64,000 bases of DNA from the NCBI GenBank assembly GCA_041394725.1, contig JAWKHR010000033.1, forward strand, positions 5,836 to 69,835, given 5' to 3'. The first letter of the stretch is position 1; every line of letters begins with the position of its first letter. Origin of the DNA: Vicinamibacterales bacterium (GTDB lineage Bacteria > Acidobacteriota > Vicinamibacteria > Vicinamibacterales > SCN-69-37). The notes under the pieces are model-generated. The model saw nothing but the letters and a program-made list of their open reading frames with translations. It ran no database searches and was not told the origin of the DNA. The translations under genes and the position numbers were made by a program. This document shows, piece by piece, positions 60,633 through 64,000 of this stretch.

Positions 60633-61385
60633 TCACCGATCGCCGCCGATCAGGTCGCCGAGGCCCCCGAGCAGCCCGCCGAGGTCCCGCTTGGTCTCGC
60701 CCCGATCGGCGCGGTAGGCGGAGTGGATGCGGTCGGCCAGGCGCGAGAACGGCAGCGTCTGGAGCCAGACGCGGCCGGGACCGCGCATCGCGGCGAAGAA
60801 CAGGCCCTCCCCGCCGAACAGGCTGGTCTTGATGCCGCCGACCCGCTCGATCTCGTAGCTCACCGACTCGTCGAAGGCGACCAGGCAGCCCGTGTCCACG
60901 CGGAGGGGCTCGCCGGGCTTGAGCATCATCTCGACGATCGTCCCGCCCGCGTGGATGAACGTCTGGCCCTGGCCCTCGAGCTTCTGCAGGATGAACCCCT
61001 CGCCGCCGAAGAACCCGGCGCCGATCCGCTTCGTGAACGCGATGTTGATGTCCACGTCGCCGACCGCGCAGAGGAAGCCGTCCTTCTGGCAGAGGATCGG
61101 CCGGCCCGGCCCGATGTCCACGTGGATGATCTTGCCGGGATACGGCCCCGCGAACGCGACGCGGGCCGACGGCGCGGTGCACTTGAAGTAGGTGATGAAG
61201 AAGCTCTCGCCGGCGAGCAGCTTGCGCTTGAGACCGCCGAGGAACCCGCCTTCCATCTTCGCGTCCATGTCCACGCCGTCGGTCATGAACATCATCGCGC
61301 CGGCCTCGGCGCGGATGGTGTCCCCCGTGGTCATGCTGATGATGACCGCCTGCATGTCGTCGCCGATGATCTCGTGTGCCACCAT
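60633..61385 (-). CDS. TIGR00266/AIM24-family protein (DUF124)
   Basis: This 250-aa ORF has GESFFITYF, FAGPYPGKI, GGEGFILQKLEG and GGEGLFFAAMRGPG, typical of the family. Confidence 0.75.
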   Translation of the reverse strand: MVAHEIIGDDMQAVIISMTTGDTIRAEAGAMMFMTDGVDMDAKMEGGFLGGLKRKLLAGESFFITYFKCTAPSARVAFAGPYPGKIIHVDIGPGRPILCQKDGFLCAVGDVDINIAFTKRIGAGFFGGEGFILQKLEGQGQTFIHAGGTIVEMMLKPGEPLRVDTGCLVAFDESVSYEIERVGGIKTSLFGGEGLFFAAMRGPGRVWLQTLPFSRLADRIHSAYRADRGETKRDLGGLLGGLGDLIGGDR

Positions 61386-61394
61386 GGGTCCCCC

Positions 61395-63971
61395 TCATTC
61401 GCTCCGAAGCGTGCTCAGCGGCTTGCGGATCAGCACGTCCACGCTGGCGAGCACGCCGACCACGCAGACGACGAGCGCGGTGAGCCCGGCGCCCGCCGCG
61501 AGTGCCCCCGGGCCCGGCGCCCAGGTGATGTGGAACAGGTACCGGGCCAGGGCCCACGACAGGCCGAAGGCGCCGGCGGCGCCGAGCAGCCCCGCCAGGC
61601 CGCCGAGCAGGCCGTACTCGATCGCCACGAGCGTCGCGATGAGCCGCGTGGACGCGCCGAGCGTCCGGTAGATCGCGGCCTCGTAGAGCCGCTGGAACTT
61701 CGTCATCGCGACGGCGCCGACCAGGATCAGCACCCCGCCGGCGAGCGTGACCGCGCCGACGATGGTCACGCCGAGCGTGACGTTGGCGACGACGTCGCGC
61801 ACCGACTGCAGGACCTCGCGCACGTCGATGACCGAGACGTTCGGATACGTCCGCACGAGATCCCGTTGCAGGGCGCCGCGCGCCGAAGCGTCCGTGCCCC
61901 CGGCGACGAAGCCGACGAAGCTCTGCGGCGCCCGATCGACCGCCGGCGAGGGACGCAGCACGAAGACGAACCCGCCGTTCTGCGCGTCGTCCCACGCGAC
62001 GTCGCGGATGCTGGTCACACGCGCGGTCAGTGGCTGCCCGGCCACGTCGAACCGGATGAGATCGCCCAGGTCCACCTCGGCCTCGTCGTGGACGTCCTGC
62101 GCGATCGACACCTCGGTGTCCACGCCCGGCCCGAGGCCAGCCGCATTGCCGTCGCTGCCGCCGCCGGTCCCGACCGGCGCGGACCAGAACCGGCCCGCCG
62201 TGACGCGCTCGTTGTCCTCGAGCCCGAGTCGGTACGTCAGGCCGTACTCGCGCGTCAGCCGGCGATGTTCGCGCACAGCGTCAGGACCAGCGAGCTGCAG
62301 CCGGCGTCCCTGGACCGCCGACACCCGGCCGCGCAGGAGCGGCACGAGGCGGACCGGGTGCGCCACATAGGGCGCGACCACGCGTGAGACGCCGTCCACC
62401 TGGTCGGGCTGGATGTCGATGAGCACCAGGTCGGGCGCCGCGCCGCCGATCTGCGCGTCGAACTCGTGCAGCAGGTTGCCCTGCACGGCGCGAACCGACA
62501 GCGTGAAGAAGCACCCGAGCCCGACGGCCATCAGGATCACGCGGGTCTGGTTGCCGGGCCGGCCCAGGCTGACCACCGCGTGGCGGAGGGCGAACCGGGG
62601 AGACCGCGCGAGCGGTCGCGTGACGGCGAGCAGCGCGCGGCCCGCGCCGAGCAGGGCGAGCGCGACGACCGCCAGTCCTGCCGTGACGTACAGACCGGCG
62701 CGCACGGACCCGGCCTGCCAGACCGCCACGCCCACGAGCGCGGCCGCGGCCACGACCCACGCGACGAGCGTCCGCCGGTCGTGGCGGCCTCCCCCGGCGG
62801 ACGAGGCCGCGCGCAGCAGGAGCAGCGGCTTGACGCGCTGCATCTCGAGCAGCGGCACGAGGGCGAAGATCGTGGACACGAGTACGCCGACGAGCACGCC
62901 CTGCGCCGCGGCCGACGCGGTGACGTGCACAGCCTCGATGCCGAGCGGCGTGACGAGGCGGCCCGGAATCACCGCCGCGGCCGCCACGGCCAGTCCGACG
63001 CCGATCAGGCTGCCGCCTCCCGCGAGTCCCAGCATCTGCAGCAGGTAGATTCCGAGCACCTGGCGGGACGTCGCGCCGAGGCACTTGAGCACCGCCACGC
63101 TGCGTACCTTCTGCGCGACCACCACGCGCGTCACGCTCCAGACGCCGATGCCGCCGAGCACCACGATGGCAAAGCCGACCAGGCTCAGGTAGTTCTCCCC
63201 GATCGTCAGGTTGCGTCCGAGCCGGTCCTCCAGCGTGCGCCAGTCGCGGACGCTCGCGCGCCGGTCGAGCCCGTCGCGCAGGCGATCCACCAGGCCGTCC
63301 AGGCGATCCGGCGGGACCGTGGCGGCGACCTGATAGGTCGCCCGGCTCCCGAAGCCGAGCAGCGTCGTCCGGCGCAGGTCGGCGACGTCCACGTAGATCC
63401 GCGGCCCGAACGAGAACCCGCCGCCTTGCTGCAGGCGGTCGCGCACGACGGCGGCGCGGATGGTGAAGTCCTGCCCCGCCAGGCGCAGCGTATCCCCGAC
63501 CACGAGCCCCATCTCGACGAGAAACGACGGCGGCACCGCCACCCCATGGCCGGCGAGCAGATCGTGCGACCATGGCCTGCCGTCCTCGAGCTCCAGCGTG
63601 CCGTAGTAGGGAAACCCCGGCCCCATGGCCAGGACCTCCACGAGCCGCACGACCCCGCTCCCCTGCCCCGGCGCGGCCGACGCCATCGTCTGCGTCTGGA
63701 TCAGCTCTGCCTCGGCCCCGACGCCGGCCTCGCCGAAGGCGCGCGTGATGAGGTCGCGCTCGGCGGACGTCCACGGCACGGGGGACCGCAGCAGCACGTC
63801 CGCGCCGACGAACGTCCGCGCCTCGCGCGTGAGCGTGACGCGCACCGTCTGCATCAGGCTGCGCAGGACGACGACCGCCGCGACGCCGATCGCGACGCAC
63901 AGGAAGAAGAACAGCAGCCGGGGCGCGCCGGTGCGTGCCTCGCGCCACGCCATGCGGGCGACGAACGTCAC
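61395..63971 (-). CDS. ABC transporter permease with two FtsX domains (YbbP-like)
   Basis: This 858-aa ORF has two repeats of a large extracytoplasmic domain plus an FtsX 3-TM module. Its GTG start forms GTGA with the stop of an upstream ORF. Confidence 0.8.
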   Translation of the reverse strand: MTFVARMAWREARTGAPRLLFFFLCVAIGVAAVVVLRSLMQTVRVTLTREARTFVGADVLLRSPVPWTSAERDLITRAFGEAGVGAEAELIQTQTMASAAPGQGSGVVRLVEVLAMGPGFPYYGTLELEDGRPWSHDLLAGHGVAVPPSFLVEMGLVVGDTLRLAGQDFTIRAAVVRDRLQQGGGFSFGPRIYVDVADLRRTTLLGFGSRATYQVAATVPPDRLDGLVDRLRDGLDRRASVRDWRTLEDRLGRNLTIGENYLSLVGFAIVVLGGIGVWSVTRVVVAQKVRSVAVLKCLGATSRQVLGIYLLQMLGLAGGGSLIGVGLAVAAAAVIPGRLVTPLGIEAVHVTASAAAQGVLVGVLVSTIFALVPLLEMQRVKPLLLLRAASSAGGGRHDRRTLVAWVVAAAALVGVAVWQAGSVRAGLYVTAGLAVVALALLGAGRALLAVTRPLARSPRFALRHAVVSLGRPGNQTRVILMAVGLGCFFTLSVRAVQGNLLHEFDAQIGGAAPDLVLIDIQPDQVDGVSRVVAPYVAHPVRLVPLLRGRVSAVQGRRLQLAGPDAVREHRRLTREYGLTYRLGLEDNERVTAGRFWSAPVGTGGGSDGNAAGLGPGVDTEVSIAQDVHDEAEVDLGDLIRFDVAGQPLTARVTSIRDVAWDDAQNGGFVFVLRPSPAVDRAPQSFVGFVAGGTDASARGALQRDLVRTYPNVSVIDVREVLQSVRDVVANVTLGVTIVGAVTLAGGVLILVGAVAMTKFQRLYEAAIYRTLGASTRLIATLVAIEYGLLGGLAGLLGAAGAFGLSWALARYLFHITWAPGPGALAAGAGLTALVVCVVGVLASVDVLIRKPLSTLRSE

Positions 63972-64000
63972 GGCCGCGACTCCGCCGTGACGGGTGGCGG
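63968..64000 (-). CDS. 3' end (10 codons) of an upstream gene, possibly the cognate ABC ATPase
   Basis: The reverse strand reads ...PPPVTAESRP-stop, ending at 63968. Identity is inferred only from the usual ybbA-ybbP gene order. Confidence 0.25.
   Translation of the reverse strand, partial: PPPVTAESRP

Overview
This is a very GC-rich (about 70% by eye) bacterial chromosomal segment, densely packed with mostly housekeeping genes. The protein style (Pro/Ala/Gly/Arg-rich linkers, several ECF sigma factors, RND and MacAB efflux, CIRCE-controlled groESL) would fit an Acidobacteriota-like soil bacterium, but that is inference only.

Main blocks, in window order:
- 1-5002 (-): a peptidoglycan recycling and synthesis operon, nagZ-ldcA-mpl-murB-murA. 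murA runs off the window edge and is missing from the ORF track. A GHMP sugar kinase lies divergent to it.
- 6255-8655 (-): a rodZ-like gene, thiE and rnhB.
- 8708-12358 (-): the classic ffh / rpsP-KH-rimM-trmD-rplS cluster.
- 12476-17411 (-): gpsA-ftsY-ribD-ribE-ribBA.
- 17461-21357 (-): a TPR-like gene, a Zn-ribbon/RDD gene, pgpA and cinA.
- 21527-22420 (+): ftcD.
- 22434-28181 (-): a translationally coupled UPF0104-nrdR-DUF4390-histidine kinase-sigma54 regulator operon.
- 28260-32728 (+): a DUF4097 gene, purC, a small Fis-type HTH gene and groES-groEL.
- 32924-38453: tonB, tatA (48 aa, missed by the ORF track), selB and rnr.
- 38516-41172: an ECF sigma module plus small unknown genes.
- 41226-44249 (-): gatB and pckA.
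- 44401-48042 (+): a spoIID-like gene, a second ECF sigma with a zinc anti-sigma, and ispH.
- 48086-59075 (+): a roughly 10 kb single-strand envelope locus, Spy-like / TolC-like / RND adaptor / RND pump / MacA-like / MacB ATPase / MacB permease / small Gly-rich secreted protein.
- 59171-64000 (-): folK, an unknown gene, a dksA-like gene, an AIM24-family gene and a YbbP-like double-FtsX permease.

I found no rRNA, tRNA, CRISPR array, transposase, integrase, or recognisable defence or toxin system. I cannot point to a convincing new multi-gene system.

The observations most worth a second look are:
1. Discrete blocks of dense frameshifts hit rnr, an anti-sigma gene, gatB, pckA, the TolC-like gene and a small secreted protein. 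Near-consensus motifs are retained throughout, so these look more like local indel errors than real decay.
2. A GTAAAC-N16/17-CGTAA ECF-type promoter motif sits in front of both the second ECF sigma gene and the envelope/efflux locus.
3. Several promoters with an extended -10 (TGnTAnaAT-like) appear to be leaderless.
4. nrdR is embedded in a two-component operon.
5. A low-GC 104-aa orphan gene has its own promoter.
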